A stretch of DNA of 64,000 bases, taken from the NCBI GenBank assembly GCA_028534125.1, contig CM052816.1, forward strand, positions 51,896,001-51,960,000, read 5' to 3'. The stretch is from Lama glama (Eukaryota). Under the pieces are notes generated by a model. That model searched no databases, was not told the origin of the DNA, and saw nothing but the letters and a program-made list of their open reading frames with translations. Positions 25,449-38,859 of this stretch are shown here, piece by piece. The translations under genes were made by a program, and so were the position numbers. Position 1 is the first letter of the stretch, and each line of letters starts with the position of its first letter.

Positions 25449-28164
25449 CAGTGGGCCTAATGTTATTTGGCTGCCAATCAGGAGGCAAGCACTAAATAAC
25501 CTATGAAATCATCACAATGTGAAGTTAACAAGAATTAGTTTAGTGTCACATGGTACACACAGATCAGGCTTTCCTTCCTCTCTAGCAGAATTCCTACCAT
25601 TGGTCTACACACCAGGGGGCATGACAGGGAAGGGACTTAACCATCTTTGGAAAGGGCAGACTTTAGGTTCTAAAAGAAACCAAAGGGGAAAAAAATCCAA
25701 GCTTTTCCAGCGTGTGTGGAAATTAGGCAGGCTCAGACGTGAGTGGCAGGACCAGCGATCCTGAGCAGATCCTAGGCCACCCTCCACAAATAAATCAGCT
25801 TTCTCTGCCTTCATGGCCAGGCACACAAATCTTGTTCAGCCTATTTGCAAAGAAAATTTTCTGTCCATTCTCTTGCTAAATTTAAATTCCTTTTATGGCA
25901 GTAAAAATACCTTCCCAGCAATCGTTAAAGAGAAATGGCTTACACGAAAATGCCTGGAGAGAATATTTGAAAGCATAATTACGAATTGACAGTTCTAACC
26001 AAGAGTGGCCAGATTCCTGTGTATTTTGATGGACATAGAGCTTGGAAGCAGGGAAGAGGGAGAAGATTAAAGCAGGAGGGAGCCTGAAACACGGAAGCCC
26101 ACTCCGCAGACCCCATGGCTTGGCTGGGCGGCACCTTGCTTCCTGTTACGAGCCACACAGCAGAGCGGCACCGCCAGGTGGGCCCAGCCCACATTGCAGC
26201 CATAAAGTCAGGAGGACCGGAAAGACTGACAAGGGCATGAGGCATTCACTTGTCTACACAACCCTGCCTCCTGCTTGCCTTTGCAGCTTTCCATTTCTAG
26301 GGTGCCTCTGGGTCAGCAATTCCTCATTCCGAGAGTGGATACAAAGTCTAGTTTGGGAGTGAACCACTACCTAGCACTCCCTCCCTTCGAGCACCTGTCT
26401 GTCTGGGTCGAGACCTTCTCTGGACAGCACCATGCTCTCCCTGACCAGCCAAGAAGTCCAGATCATCTTCTCAGTAGTTCCTCTCTTTCTGCTCCATATC
26501 CACCTTTCCTAGTGACCTATGAACCCAAGCCCTTCTGCCAAGTTCTCCCAAGCGGGTAGACTCTCCTGTGGGGCCAGTTCCATGGAACAGCTGAGCCCCA
26601 GGGGCGTACTGATCCCCACTCCAAAAGAGACCCTTTCTTACCACCATTAGCCACTGACACTGACCCCTGTACAACCTGCTGCCTTGGCAGTGGGGCCACA
26701 GACACTGCCAAATGCCTCCTTTATTCCATTTGTGTCTAAAATTAAATTATGTGGCTCCAGACCACAGTAGAGGCAACATCCACAGCAGTGTAACAGAAGA
26801 GGAGGGTCATGCTCCCCTGCACCTAGCAGCACTGGCTGTCAGCAGTCAGCCCCTCTTCCACCGGCTCACCGATGAGAGCTTTCTTCCTAGGCTGTTAGCT
26901 GCAGGGGAGAAGCAGGAAGCTGCAGGCAGCAGAAGCAGCAGCAGCGCTCAGATAGTGAGGAAGACTTGGCTGTTGTGGTTACTTTATCTTCTAGCCCCTA
27001 ATGCGTGGACAAGCCAAAGTCAGAAAGCCATTCTCCATTAGAACTCTGCTGCAGTCTCAGGTGAGAAAAGGTACCTTTCCTTACTGAGCCTCCAGCAAAT
27101 GGGGAAATGGGTTCATCTCGAATTAGCCTAAAAACTATTTCCCCTCACAAAACATATTTAAATTAAGAAACGTGTGAGGAAGCTCTGTACTTCACTTTTT
27201 CCAAAGACAGACTAGCTTGTGAGACAAAAGACAGGACAAGGTCTTGGCAAATCATTGTTGATCATTAACTCTGCCGAAAGCGTAGGGAAGACTCCTTTAT
27301 CATTTCATCAAAGAAATCTTTATTATCATAACATGTAGGCAACAGTAGAAGCCAACTGGATTGAGATGACATCAATATTATTACCATTATAGGCTGTACT
27401 GTGTTATACTGATGGAATTTGGGGGAAGGTTTTGGGAATATTGGGGGCAAAGAACATCCCCAGTTTGCCTGCCACATCCAATGAACTGTGTGTGGTAAAA
27501 TACTGAAGATGTGGAATGTAGTCAATCTGCAAAGATTTTCCATTCATATTGGGTCTATATGTAATTATTATGGTAATTCATATTCATTTTAGACTATCTC
27601 TTTGTTCTTACCTCAATTTAGAAAGCATCCACACAGACAGTACCTACCAGTTGCTATTTATTGTTGAATACAGGCTCATAGGGTTTGGAAATGGACTTCT
27701 TTGTGGTAGGTAAGCAATGGCTAATTAACAAAATACACCATCACTCCCAGAAGCCACAGAGTTAGATTTGGTGAAGATACAGCAACAAGACTGCTTAAAC
27801 CATGTGCAAGTTTATTTTAACATACTGTCCTCCTTGCACATAAGACAAGAGGACAGAGATAATGAATATACGTTTTCAACTATTTAAAATACCATGCTTT
27901 TATTTTAAGCACTTCTTTACCCTGAAAATTAACTGACGGCAGCTCAGAAAGCATCACGGAACTACTGGAAATGAATTATGAGTCAGCTAAAGCAATAGGT
28001 CCCTCCCCGCTTCCCACCCCCTCCCCAAGCCTTCCCTCCCACCTTGCATATGCTTTTAGCACTGTACTCAATTAAAAGGGAAACGTGTGTACTTGATAAT
28101 TTAGCTAAAAAGGTTAAATAACTCCAGAAAACAACATGAGGGAAATAACACATCCTTCTCGGTT

Positions 28165-28345
28165 ACAGAAGTTCTCAGAAGTGTCATCCACAGACCACCT
28201 GCGTGAGACTCATCCGAAGGTGCTTATTTAAAAGGCAGTCTCACATCAAGACACACTGACTAAGAATAGGGAGCTAGGAATCTGCATTCTTAATAAGCTG
28301 CCCAGTGGATCACAAGATGCTGGCAGGCAAGGACCGCTGACTTAC
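28165..28345. mobile_element. MER5-family MITE just downstream of the exon 17 donor
   Basis: ggaatctgcattcttaataagctgcccag. Confidence 0.6.
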
Positions 28346-28390
28346 TAGAAACTGCCAAGTATCTCTGCTCAGCTGCTCGTCCCTACTCAC

Positions 28391-28480
28391 CTGGTGGACT
28401 CCCGTGTCCTGCTGCAGCCGTGGCAATTGCAAAAGCAGAAGCAGGCGAAACAGAGCAGTGGGAGTTGTCAGCCGTCTGTC
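28391..28480 (-). CDS. RASGRF2: RASGRF2 exon (~17): (G)[29 protein letters not shown]
   Basis: aaccag|GA acceptor, CAG|gtgagt donor, 90 nt, phase 1 to 1. Confidence 0.96.
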
Positions 28481-28644
28481 CTGGTTATTTAAAAAGAATG
28501 GAAATGGCATGGTGAGGCAGATGGATAACATTATGTAATGAAAATTCTCATTTTCATTCCTGCACCAGATGAAAGGTTGGGCCAAATACCCTGTGCTGTC
28601 CTTATTAATAGGCAAGTAACAAGATTCTGTATCAGCAAGTCCAC

Positions 28645-29185
28645 AGTAGGTATAGACCCAAGAGAAATGAAAGCATTGGTCTACACAGAAACTTACACAG
28701 GAACATCTATAGCAGCACTGTTCGTAACAGCCAAAAAGTAGAAACAACCAAATGTCCATCAACGGATGAATGGATAAAGCAAATCAAAAATTCCTATATA
28801 AGGGAACATTATTTCACCACAAAAAGGAATGAAGTACTGCTACATACTACAACATAAATGAACCTTGAAAACATCATGCTAAGTGAAAGTCACAAAAAGT
28901 CACATATGGTCTGATTCAATTTATATAAAAAGTCCAGAATAGGTAAATCCATAGAGACAGAAAGTAAATTAGTGTTGCCAGGGGCAGGGGGACAATGGAA
29001 ATGGGGAGAGACTACTAATGGGTAAAAGCTTCTTTGGGTGGGGGTGAGGAGGAATGATGAAAATATTCTGGAATGAGACTGGTTATGGCTGCGCAGCCTT
29101 GTGAATATATAAAAACCACTGAACTGAATAGTTAAAAAGGGTGAATCTTACGGTGTGTAAATTTTATTGCAATATAAAAAATATT
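28645..29185 (+). mobile_element. L1 (L1MB-like) 3' end
   Basis: caaatgtccatcaacggatgaatggataaa, aaccttgaaaacatcatgctaagtgaaag, aaaccactgaactg. Confidence 0.9.
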
Positions 29186-31038
29186 TTTAAAAAGTATTCT
29201 ACATGTTGCTGATAGGATTTTCTTCTCAAAACACAAGAGCAGTGGGGATGGGTACTCAGATCAAAGGAAGCATTGAGAACCTTCTTGCAGTCCCTCTCAG
29301 ATATTTACACACAGCACTTGATAATGCTGATGCCAACCTCAGTTTTTCCTCACTCAGGCTTTTAGTGAAAATAGTTCACTGTGATTCTGATCTGTAGGGT
29401 TTTTATTTGCTTTCCTGGAAAGTTATACAGTCATGCTTAAAATAAGTAAGAGGGGAAACAAAGGGCTGTTAATATGTCCAAGCATGAGAGCACAGAACAG
29501 CTCCACCCTCTCCATCAGCAGTAGCCTAAAAACATCTGTGGAACAAGGTGGCAAGTAGACAGATGAACAGGCAAACTCTCAGCTACACAGTGAGAAAACG
29601 TGTGATACTGTCCCCACTTGGTTCCTCCATACTACCACAGATTTCAGCTTCCCTCCTATGTCCCTGGGATTTAGCCATCTCAGGGAAGAAACAAAGGACT
29701 CAGTTAATCCACGAAGGGGATGAGGATTTCCAAATGATGCTTATATAAATTTTTAAAATTTTAAATGAATATAAACATATGAAAAGAAACTATAAAACAG
29801 AGCTCAAATAAGAGTAACCAAGTGTGCAGCATTTCACTCTTGCCGTGGTAGAGTTTTGCTTCCATAGGCTTTGGCCCCAAACTCTTAACTCAGGGGAGTC
29901 TGTCCATGTGGCAATGGTCAAGGACGCTGCCAGGGCCTGGACTGACCAACGCTCTAAGAATAGTAAAGAGATTTGGCTAATTCCATAGTTGTCCTGTAAC
30001 AAGCCAGGGAAGTCTAGCTTGTTGCCTTGGTTTACCAGAACCACCCAAACATCAGGGTGACCCAGACTGACCCATGACCCATGACTGACTGTGATGCTTG
30101 AAATCGGTTCACTTCCCAAGGACTAGTATCTGTCAGAGCAAATCTTGTGACAACAGCCTGACCCAGGAGAGCTTCTCTTGGAGCTGATGGCAATGACAAC
30201 AGCTTCCATCAGGTGGCTATGGCTACAAATGAGATGACCATTTGGAGCCACACACTATACCTTTTGCTAAGCTGCCTTACTTACAGCAGGAGTATGAGAA
30301 TTAAAAAACATCTACATTTCATGTGGGTTCCTTGGGGTGAATCTGGTTTCATAAATGAATAATTTTCCCTTCCAACTTGAAACAACTGGCTTAAGGAGAA
30401 AAAAGGAAATATTTCAAAAAACACAACTGTTACTTGGATATATTTATCTGAGAAATGGGGAGATTAGAGATTTCTATCTTTTGTTCTGACTGTTCTTCCT
30501 CCGATTAGAAAACATTTGGTATATTCTAAAACAAATTATGGAGTACTATTTTATAATTTTCATAACTACAGAAAATATACCAGATTCTGCCACTAGCAAT
30601 AATGATGATTGGGGTCCCATGCAACTGGACGTGACTTCGGCTAACATAGTCTTCTTAATAAGGTCCCCTCCCATTTGGTGTCCTAGGTGAGCTTATTTAA
30701 TACAGACTCCCCTGGGATTCATGGTAAGGTATCAGAGTCTGGGAACATAATGGTAAAATTCAATTAACTCAGTGCTTAAGAACAGGCTTCTTGACTCACG
30801 TTACTCTACACAAAGTGCAATGCAATAATGAGGTCAAATAAATACCGGTTACACTAATGACGTATTCTCTATCTATCATTTATTTTTCCACTATTTGGTC
30901 CTACAATTGCTTCCAATTAATTTTCATAACTGAGACTATAAACTATTTGGGGAGTGAAATAGTAAGACAAACAAAAGATTCAGAACCTAGAAACCATCTT
31001 TCACTTGTGCATTTCTGAGTCCCCTTCTGAGCTCTCAC

Positions 31039-31164
31039 CTCCAGGCTGGCGGTAGCGGAGGTGCCGAGGGGTCGAGGGCGACCTGCAAGGTGAAAGTTCT
31101 GTGGCATCTGCCGCTGGGGAGCCTTCCACTCCTGCGCGGTCCACGGGCGCAGACTCTAGGACTG
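31039..31164 (-). CDS. RASGRF2: RASGRF2 exon (~16): (A)[41 protein letters not shown]
   Basis: aagcag|CA acceptor (tandem, start uncertain by 3 nt either way), GAG|gtgaga donor, 126 nt, phase 1 to 1; CpG-rich island in AT-rich intron. Confidence 0.93.
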
Positions 31165-31650
31165 CTGCTTTAAAACATCATGAAGTTTAACAACCGGGCC
31201 GTAAACTTAGGAGCTTCTTGTCAGTATCAAGCATGGAAACACAAAAGATCGTTATGGATATTAAGCATTTCCTATTAGCCTGCTTTTTTTTAAAGGACTT
31301 TATCATGAGACTGAGTCATTCCTCCTGGCAGAATGCTCATGACACAAAATCGGACTGTGGGTTTTCTCTACCCATGTCTTGTTGATCCTGCTGAGCCTGG
31401 CTGATCCTACCAGCCCCTGCTGTTCAACAGAACAGATGTTAACAAGAACTAGATATGCAGTAGCTTCCGCACACTCCAGAACGTTTCTGCCTCCTTGGAG
31501 TGTGAAAATAGGGAGTTTTCCAGATTGTAAATGAAAATGGGGGCTTCATTCATTCTTTGCTTGGGTTGCTCCCTTAAACCAATTCAACTCTGAATATTTA
31601 CTACTGTAGCCTCCTCCCAAGAAGCTCTAGGGGATCCTAAGGGTCTAGAA

Positions 31651-31846
31651 CTGCACTGTCCAGTATGGTAGCACTGGCTAAAAGTGGCTATGTAACTTTA
31701 AATTAAAACTGACTAGATTTCAGTGAATATTTCACTTCCTCACTTGCACTGGCCACATTTCAAGTGCTCCGTAGCCACACGTGGCTAGTGGCTACAGTCC
31801 TGAATAGCATTTCCATCCTCCCAGAGTGTTCTATTGGATAACCCTG
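31651..31846. mobile_element. MER3-like hAT-Charlie MITE
   Basis: gccacatttcaagtgctccgtagccacacgtggctagtggctac; NTCTAGAN-type 8-bp TSD gtctagaa/atctagag. Confidence 0.88.
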
Positions 31847-33631
31847 ATCTAGAGCTACAGGTCAGCAGGAAGCAAGTGGAAATTTTACAGAGAACAACTG
31901 AGAGGTTTTAAGATTGAGCCTCTTCACTGTAGCTAACATTCCATGAGTTAAAATTCCAGGGTCACATTTAGGCTATTACTACACCCTTTCCACTGGCTTA
32001 CGAACCAGGTAAAACTGCAACTTTGTGTGTGTTCTCTGAAGGAAAAGCACTGCAAAAATTGCTAAATTTCCGACAACTCTCCATTTGTTTTTCCTTGGGC
32101 TTTTCATCAACCGACAAAAGCCATGTCACCTCCACTAATTTTACATTACCCGTCAGGACGACTCTCAACTCCCTCTCCCATGCCATTCAAGATTTCACTC
32201 AATCAACTTTACAAAACACCTAATGACTTCACAGAAAGCCATTTTTCCACTTGCATGTGATTTACTCCCTTAGAAATACGGCCACAATTCAGCTCTTTTG
32301 AAACACAAAGGGGCCGGGGAAGGGAAATGGTTAGAATCTTCCCTTGAATGACATAATTACAGTAAAGCTGGCAATAAGGCAGGATGGAGACCCAAAAAAA
32401 GCAGTGCTTAGCTGTTAGTTTTATTATTTCCTAAATAATTCCCTCAAAATTCAGTAATAGAAGGCATCTGCTCTGCAAAAGCAAGCAGAATAGCAAACGC
32501 ATGTCCTGGGTCTGATTCAACCATTCACTCTTCTGAGGCAAGTGAGCAAATTGTGTAGTCAGCAATGACAATGAACCCAGAAAACTTCCCAGTGAGAGAG
32601 CTGGACAGGCCCCGGACGGCCCCTGAAAGACAGGAGGGTGCAGATGAACACTATCAGCAAACGGGCACTTGCAGAGAAGAGAGGCCGTGAAGTGCTGCTT
32701 TCTGGTAGGTTCACTTTCAATCAAGTTCCATGCAAACAGCTTTGCCTGCAAAATGAGTGGGCCGATGTGGGCTCAAAACAAATGCTAAACTTGGGAGCAC
32801 TTTCAGCCCACAGGCAGGCAATTTTCAAACTAAGAACGCAGAAACAGATACTGGGGATGCGGGTGGGGTGGCAGTGCTCTGGCTGGGTCACACAGCCACG
32901 GCCCAAGTGAACGCCGATTGGGAAGGGGACTCAGATACAGGGAGCCGCCCTGGGGCTCTCCACTGCCACCGATTTGATTTTTTGTTGAGCTCTCATCATT
33001 GGGTAGAGTCTGAATGTGAGCTGGGCTGGTATTTGTGCTTTATAGAAGAATCCAGGCTAGTAGAAGGTGGGGACATCCTGGCAGGAAGAAAGAGGGGCAC
33101 TAATGAATGTTGGGTAAGGCTGGAGCATATCTAGGGACTAGGTGGGGTGAAATAAACAGCACTGTCTTTTCCCTCAGAAGTTCACAGGCTTGCTCATCTT
33201 GATAGATATTTCCTTTCTCTTCTTTCTCCTCATGTCATTAGAAGTTCTCTTGCCAGGAAATAGTTCAAAGCTGGCATTATAATTACAATGACAATAAAAA
33301 TCGACAAAGGTGACTAGCGTATATCAAAGGGGGTACCCTGAAACTATCTAGCTGGACAGCAGTGGGAGAGACCCACGGAGCCAGTTGGACCTAAAGGCGA
33401 AGCTGGTATTGGGCAATGAGGTTTGTGGAGCTGCCACCTGAAGTGAAAAGCAGAAAATGTATCAACTCCTGGCGCAGGCTTCTTATTCAAGTTTGCCAAC
33501 TGTCTGAAGTGTCAGCATTATGCAAAGCACACACAAACATCTTTCAAATTAAAGACAGATCATTGTTTCCCTCTTCTCTGCCAATCGGAATTTCAAGACT
33601 AGACAGCAAAGTTAACACAGCAGCACTCTTG

Positions 33632-33638
33632 GCGCGAG

Positions 33639-33673
<35 letters not shown>
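33632..33673. repeat. Compound (CG)n(CA)14 microsatellite
   Basis: gcgcgagcgcgcg followed directly by (ca)14. Confidence 0.95.
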
Positions 33674-33675
<2 letters not shown>

Positions 33676-35239
33676 AACTTGTCAGGCTGACACTGAGGTA
33701 AAGTGCTTCATCGTGACTTTCCTAGGACTATTCATGATCAATATCGCCTACATACCAGTGCAAAAGAAAAAGAAAAACTAAGTCCGAATTCTTTTGTTTC
33801 ATCTTTTCAGAAAAATGCCAAAGAGCTCCCTAGACCCCAGTATTAATTCTAAGTGTTTCCTTTATGAGTATCCACAGGACAAATTATTCTCAAGTCTCAC
33901 AGCAGGAAAAGATGTGTCTGCACACCAATCTATTCTTAGCTTTCAGTATGAATCATGTAATTGATTACATTCAGAATCAAAATCAGAGCAACTCTAGGAA
34001 CTGCAGAGGACCACACAGTATTCACTGGTTCACTAACCATACCCTTGGCCTCATACAATTTTTCTCCATTGCCTGATTTCATCTATTTTATTTTTAATCC
34101 AGCAGACCATGTGCCTCTTTGAATTATCACCTTAAATACTTTAAGGAACAAAATGGGAAGTAAATACATTAAAAATAATCAGAAGACAGTTACAAAAACA
34201 GAAAAGAAATCAAGGTGCAAAGAAGTGGCCGGAAACAAAATGGGTAATGGAAAGATTTGGGGTGGGTCAATCATGGTCAAAATGAGAGAGAAGTGGGGGA
34301 CGTGTCAGTGGGTGGATGTAACTAAGAAACACCAGGCGCTGAGGAGCTGGCATTTCTGGAGTTGAGGCTGGCTCGATGGGCTTCAGCAGGTGCCACCGGC
34401 CACACATGGACACAATCCTGGGACTTCCGCATCACCTATGGTGAGAGGAGCTCTGCATTTAACCTCAACCCAGGAACTCCAAAATCACATTTCTAACCCA
34501 CAGACCATGTGGATAAACTAACCCATGAATATTCAACTGCAAACCATTTGTTTGGGGGCAATTCAGTGAGAAACAGAGGCATTAAGTCCTCAACTTTAGC
34601 TCTCTCTCTAACGTGAGAAAGATTCTATTTCTCTCACCCTGTTATTCACGGGCCCTCTCCATCTGCTGGGCCCTGGTCATACACGATCTGAGCTGCCACG
34701 TGACAAGCCCTCCAGCTGCTGCCAGCTGTGCCCACAGTGATTCCACCTCTGCCCAACACTGCGCTGACAGGCCTTTGCAGCCTTGGTCAGTGTCCTTCCC
34801 TGGGAGCTTGATGCACTTCTTTCTCATTTACCTTAGTCTCCCCGAGTCTAACCGTCTTCCAGCCTATTGCTTCTGGAAAAAACCTACTGATTGCTACCAG
34901 TGGTCACACCTCTATCATAGACAGCAGGACAAACAGACATTATGACACAGCCTCGGACCATCACTATGCACTCGGGGCTTGGGCTTTGAAGACCAGAGCG
35001 AGGGAACTTGGTGACCACCATGGAACGATCCATGTGTAACAAGTTAAAGGGCAGGAATTAATTATCACAGGTAATGGGTGGCTTGACTGAAGACCTTTAG
35101 GACTACAACATGTACCCAGTCTATAAAGCAGAAGAAATTTTTAAAAGTTCTTTCTCTATTAAAGAAAAAAGTTAATATCTATCCTACTAGGCCTTAGCCA
35201 AATTACAATGCAATCTCTGGGAAACTGCAAAAAAAAGGA

Positions 35240-35920
35240 GAAAGAATCTCACCTCACACCCATTAGGATGGCCACTATCAAAAGAATAGAAAATACTAAG
35301 TGTTGGCAAGGATGCAGAGAAATTGGAACCCTGTACACTGTTGGTGGGAATGTAAAATGGTGTAGCCAAACAGTGCGGAGTTTCCTCAAAAAATTAAAAA
35401 TAGAATTACCATATGATTTGGCAGTCTCACTGCTAGGTATATATGCAAAAGAAAGCAGGATCTTGACGAGGTATCTGTGAACACATGAACACTGCAGAAT
35501 TATTCACAATAGCCAAGAGATGGAAACAACCCGAACGTCCATTGACAGAGGCATGGATAAAGAAAATATGGACTATACATACAATAGAATATTGTTCAGC
35601 CTTAAAAAAGAAGAAAATCCTGGTACATGTTACAACACGGATGAACCTTGAGGACATACTGTTACATGAAATAAGCCAACCACAAAAAAGCAAATACTGT
35701 ATGATTTCATTTATATGAGGTATATAAAGTCATCAAACTCATAGAAACAGTAAGAAGATGGTGACTGCCAAGGGCTCAGGGGAGGGAGAAATGGGGAGTT
35801 GCTCAATGGGTAGAGAGTTTCAGTTTTGCGAGAGAAAAACGTTCTAAAGATGTGTTGCACAACAATGTGAATACACTTAACAGTACTGAACTGTACAGTT
35901 AAAAATGGCTAAGATGGCCC
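35240..35920 (+). mobile_element. L1 (L1MA/MB-like) ORF2 C-terminus and 3' UTR
   Basis: ORF-track peptides HLTPIRMATIK, CWQGC, TVGGNVKW, LFTIAKRWKQP. Confidence 0.92.
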
Positions 35921-37304
35921 AAAAGAAGGAGGAGGAAGAGGAGAATTTTTTAGGAGAGTTTTTTAAAAAGTTGACTAGATTCTAGAAAACCCTAGGAGGA
36001 CTGATTCTACTCTGGGTCTGCTCGGCAGAACTGCACATAGAGTCAAAGCTGGACAAAAGCTGTCCCTCCAAAAGCACTGATGCTTCCTGGGCTCAGAAAT
36101 GGCTTTCCCCACGGGGGTGACCACTAACCCTTTCCTCACAGGTTCTCTTGCCCATAAGTTTGACTGTGTCCTCCGTCCAATCCACTATCCTTTCTCTTTG
36201 GCTCACGGCAATGACACTTCCTGATTCTGCTCAACTGAACACATTTGCCCTGCTTTCCACCTTCCTGAGCACTCCGTCTGTATCTCTTTGGCCATCTGCC
36301 CTTAAAACCATGTTTTGACTCCCTTCTCCACATAACTACATATGAGGAGCCAGGGCACCGTCTCACGTACCACTACAGACCCTGTAGCACAGCAGCCCAC
36401 AGACAGAGCGGTCACACAATGACTCCTAAATAAACCTTACCGTGTTCTCATCCCAGCCCCACAGGCAATCAAACCAAAGCCTCTGAACCACAAATGTCTG
36501 ACACTAACACGCTTATTCCCAAAGCTCTCCTAGCTCAAAATAACATGAAAATTCAGACCTATCTCCAGATCTCTCCTCTCCTATTCAACACAATCCAATA
36601 AAGGAGGGGAAAGAACCTTCCATATTCTGGGAAGTTCCTGTACCTCCCACGCCACTCTGCCCTGGAGGGGAGGTTTGAGATAAGGCCCCCAACATCACTC
36701 CCTCCCTCCGTGGAGATTCCCAAGCACTGGCACCGGCTCAGACCCCAGATGCGCTTGTCAGTTGTGCATCGCCTCATTATTCCTGAGAAGAACCCATCAT
36801 GATCCTGCTGAAGCTTGTTGTTCCAATGACTTTTTAATTATCTTCGCCCTTTCATCCTCCTTCGTTGCTCACTTGTCAATTTAAAGAATTTCTTGTTTAA
36901 AAGGGTGCTACCTTTGTTGATGACAACCACTCCAGTTAAAATTCTATTCAGTACTTCACTCAGGAAGCATATTTAAATGAGCTGAACTAGAAAGTACATA
37001 GGAGCTTCAAGCAGGTAGAAAAGCAAGGATCTATGCTTCCATCTGAGCTATCCTTAAAATCTGGACACCTTGTCTGACTTATCACCCAATTTTTATTAGG
37101 TTATCAGTAAATAAATCAGTTATTACGTAGTAAAAAAAAGCTATTTGCTAATTTGGCTGTGAAAACTTTATTTTCATCACAGAAACACTGGATTATAAAG
37201 GAAGGAGATCACCTCCTCTAACCCCTACGTTGTACCAACCCGAGGAGGGGAGGGCAATGTGCCACAAGACACCCCCCACCCACATTAGTTCACTGAGTGT
37301 TTTA

Positions 37305-37720
37305 CTTCATTCATTCATTTAACCAAAAATTTCTACCTGCCAGGCACTGGCCAAAACACTGAAGGTACAGAGGTACATAAGACACACAAGGTTGCTGATC
37401 TCATGAGCTTACATGGGGAAAGACTGTCAAGGTAGAGGGAAGAACAAGTGCAAAGGCCCTGAGGCAGAAATGACAGAAGTGCTTCTGAGACACAAAAAAG
37501 GAAATCAGTGTGAGTGTAGCCTAGCAGATGAGGGAGCATGGCAGAAGCAGGGGTGAAACAGAGACAGGATGCAAGTCTCATAGGACCTGAAAGCCTTGGG
37601 AGGAAGGATGTACTTTATTCTGAGTGCAATGGGAAGTCATCAGAGAATCTAATCAGGAAACCAGATGATCTAATCCACATTTTTAAAAATCATTTTGGTT
37701 GTGTCATGGGCAATGAACAT
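37305..37720 (-). mobile_element. L2 3' fragment
   Basis: ttcattcattcatt...tgccaggcactg; tttattctgagtgcaatgggaagtcat. Confidence 0.8.
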
Positions 37721-38260
37721 TGTCTCAGACTTTATTTTTCTCTCTATATCTCTGTTGTAATATAAAGTGTTGCCTTGGAAACTAAACTGAAGAAGTCATC
37801 TTAATGCTTCCGGGCTAGGGCATCCGTAGTCAGGGGAGGCTGGAAATTACAGGTGCACAAGGGAGACCCTGGAGGGAAAGCTCTGGGCTCAGAGTCATGG
37901 ATGAGGGTGCCCACAGCCTACCCTGATGCCACATATCGTGCTAGGCCCTTTAGCTAACCAGCCTTAACCAAATTCCTCAAAGAACTTTCCAGTGATAATT
38001 ATTTAGATGACACCATTATTATGCAGACAACTGACTGCAATTAGCCTTTTAGTACAGGAGGCATCAGGACAGCTAAACTTGCTCTTGTTCCACAAAGGCT
38101 AAAGGGAACTACAGGCATTTTCTCTTCTAACCAGCCATCATACTCATTCTACTTTCTACACAGAAGGGGGGAAGTTGGAGAGAAAGGGAACTAGGGTTCC
38201 AGAAGGAATGGTGGGGGAGCAAGGGGCCAGCAAATGTGAGGTGTGGCAGCTGGAAAATAC

Positions 38261-38649
38261 CTCTTTGAATACTTCGTTTTAGCTTGTTACACAGATCCAC
38301 GCGGGGGTTATCTACATGCTCTTCTACAGATCCCGGGCTTTGTTCTGGAGAAGAAAGGCCTCTGCTAAGATCCAACGGTACTTTACCAGTGTGTGGCGGC
38401 GGGGATGCAGCAGGGCTGTGGGTGGTGGTGGGACTGCTGGAAGCTGAGGAGGTGGTCAGGTCCAACGCGCCTATCCTTGAGTTCAAGGGAGAAGTCAAGG
38501 ACAGCTTTCTGGCCCTCACTGGGGAGGACGTTCTGGATACAGCCAGCGGTGGTGGGGAGGAGAATTTGCGACACAGGCGTGGAGATTTGCCATCCACCAA
38601 GTGTTCGCCTCTGTTGTTCTGGCTGGTAGCAAAAAACAATTCCAATGAC
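38261..38649 (-). CDS. RASGRF2: RASGRF2 exon (~15), Ser/Pro-rich region: [12 protein letters not shown]...RKFSSPPP...[10 protein letters not shown]...KLKRSIQR
   Basis: gtttag|G acceptor, GAG|gtattt donor, 389 nt, phase 2 to 1; inside ORF 38127..38714. Confidence 0.96.
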
Positions 38650-38859
38650 CTAAACATAAGGGCAAAAGCTATTAACAGATTGTAGCCAAGTGAAAATGAT
38701 TCCCCTGATGCCATTCAAGAACATGCTCCCTACATTAAAAGGCCACGATAAAATCGCATTTCTATTGCTGGATTTGCCTACGTTTAAATGCTGCGTGTAT
38801 ACCACATACTTGCCAAAGGAACACAGACACTGTTGAGGCTTTGTCTAATCCCCTGCTAT

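Noticed and set aside
38284..38685. Plus-strand ORFs over exons 14 and 15 (38284..38685, 39205..39552)
   Set aside because: Antisense shadows of GC-rich coding exons, with no independent support.
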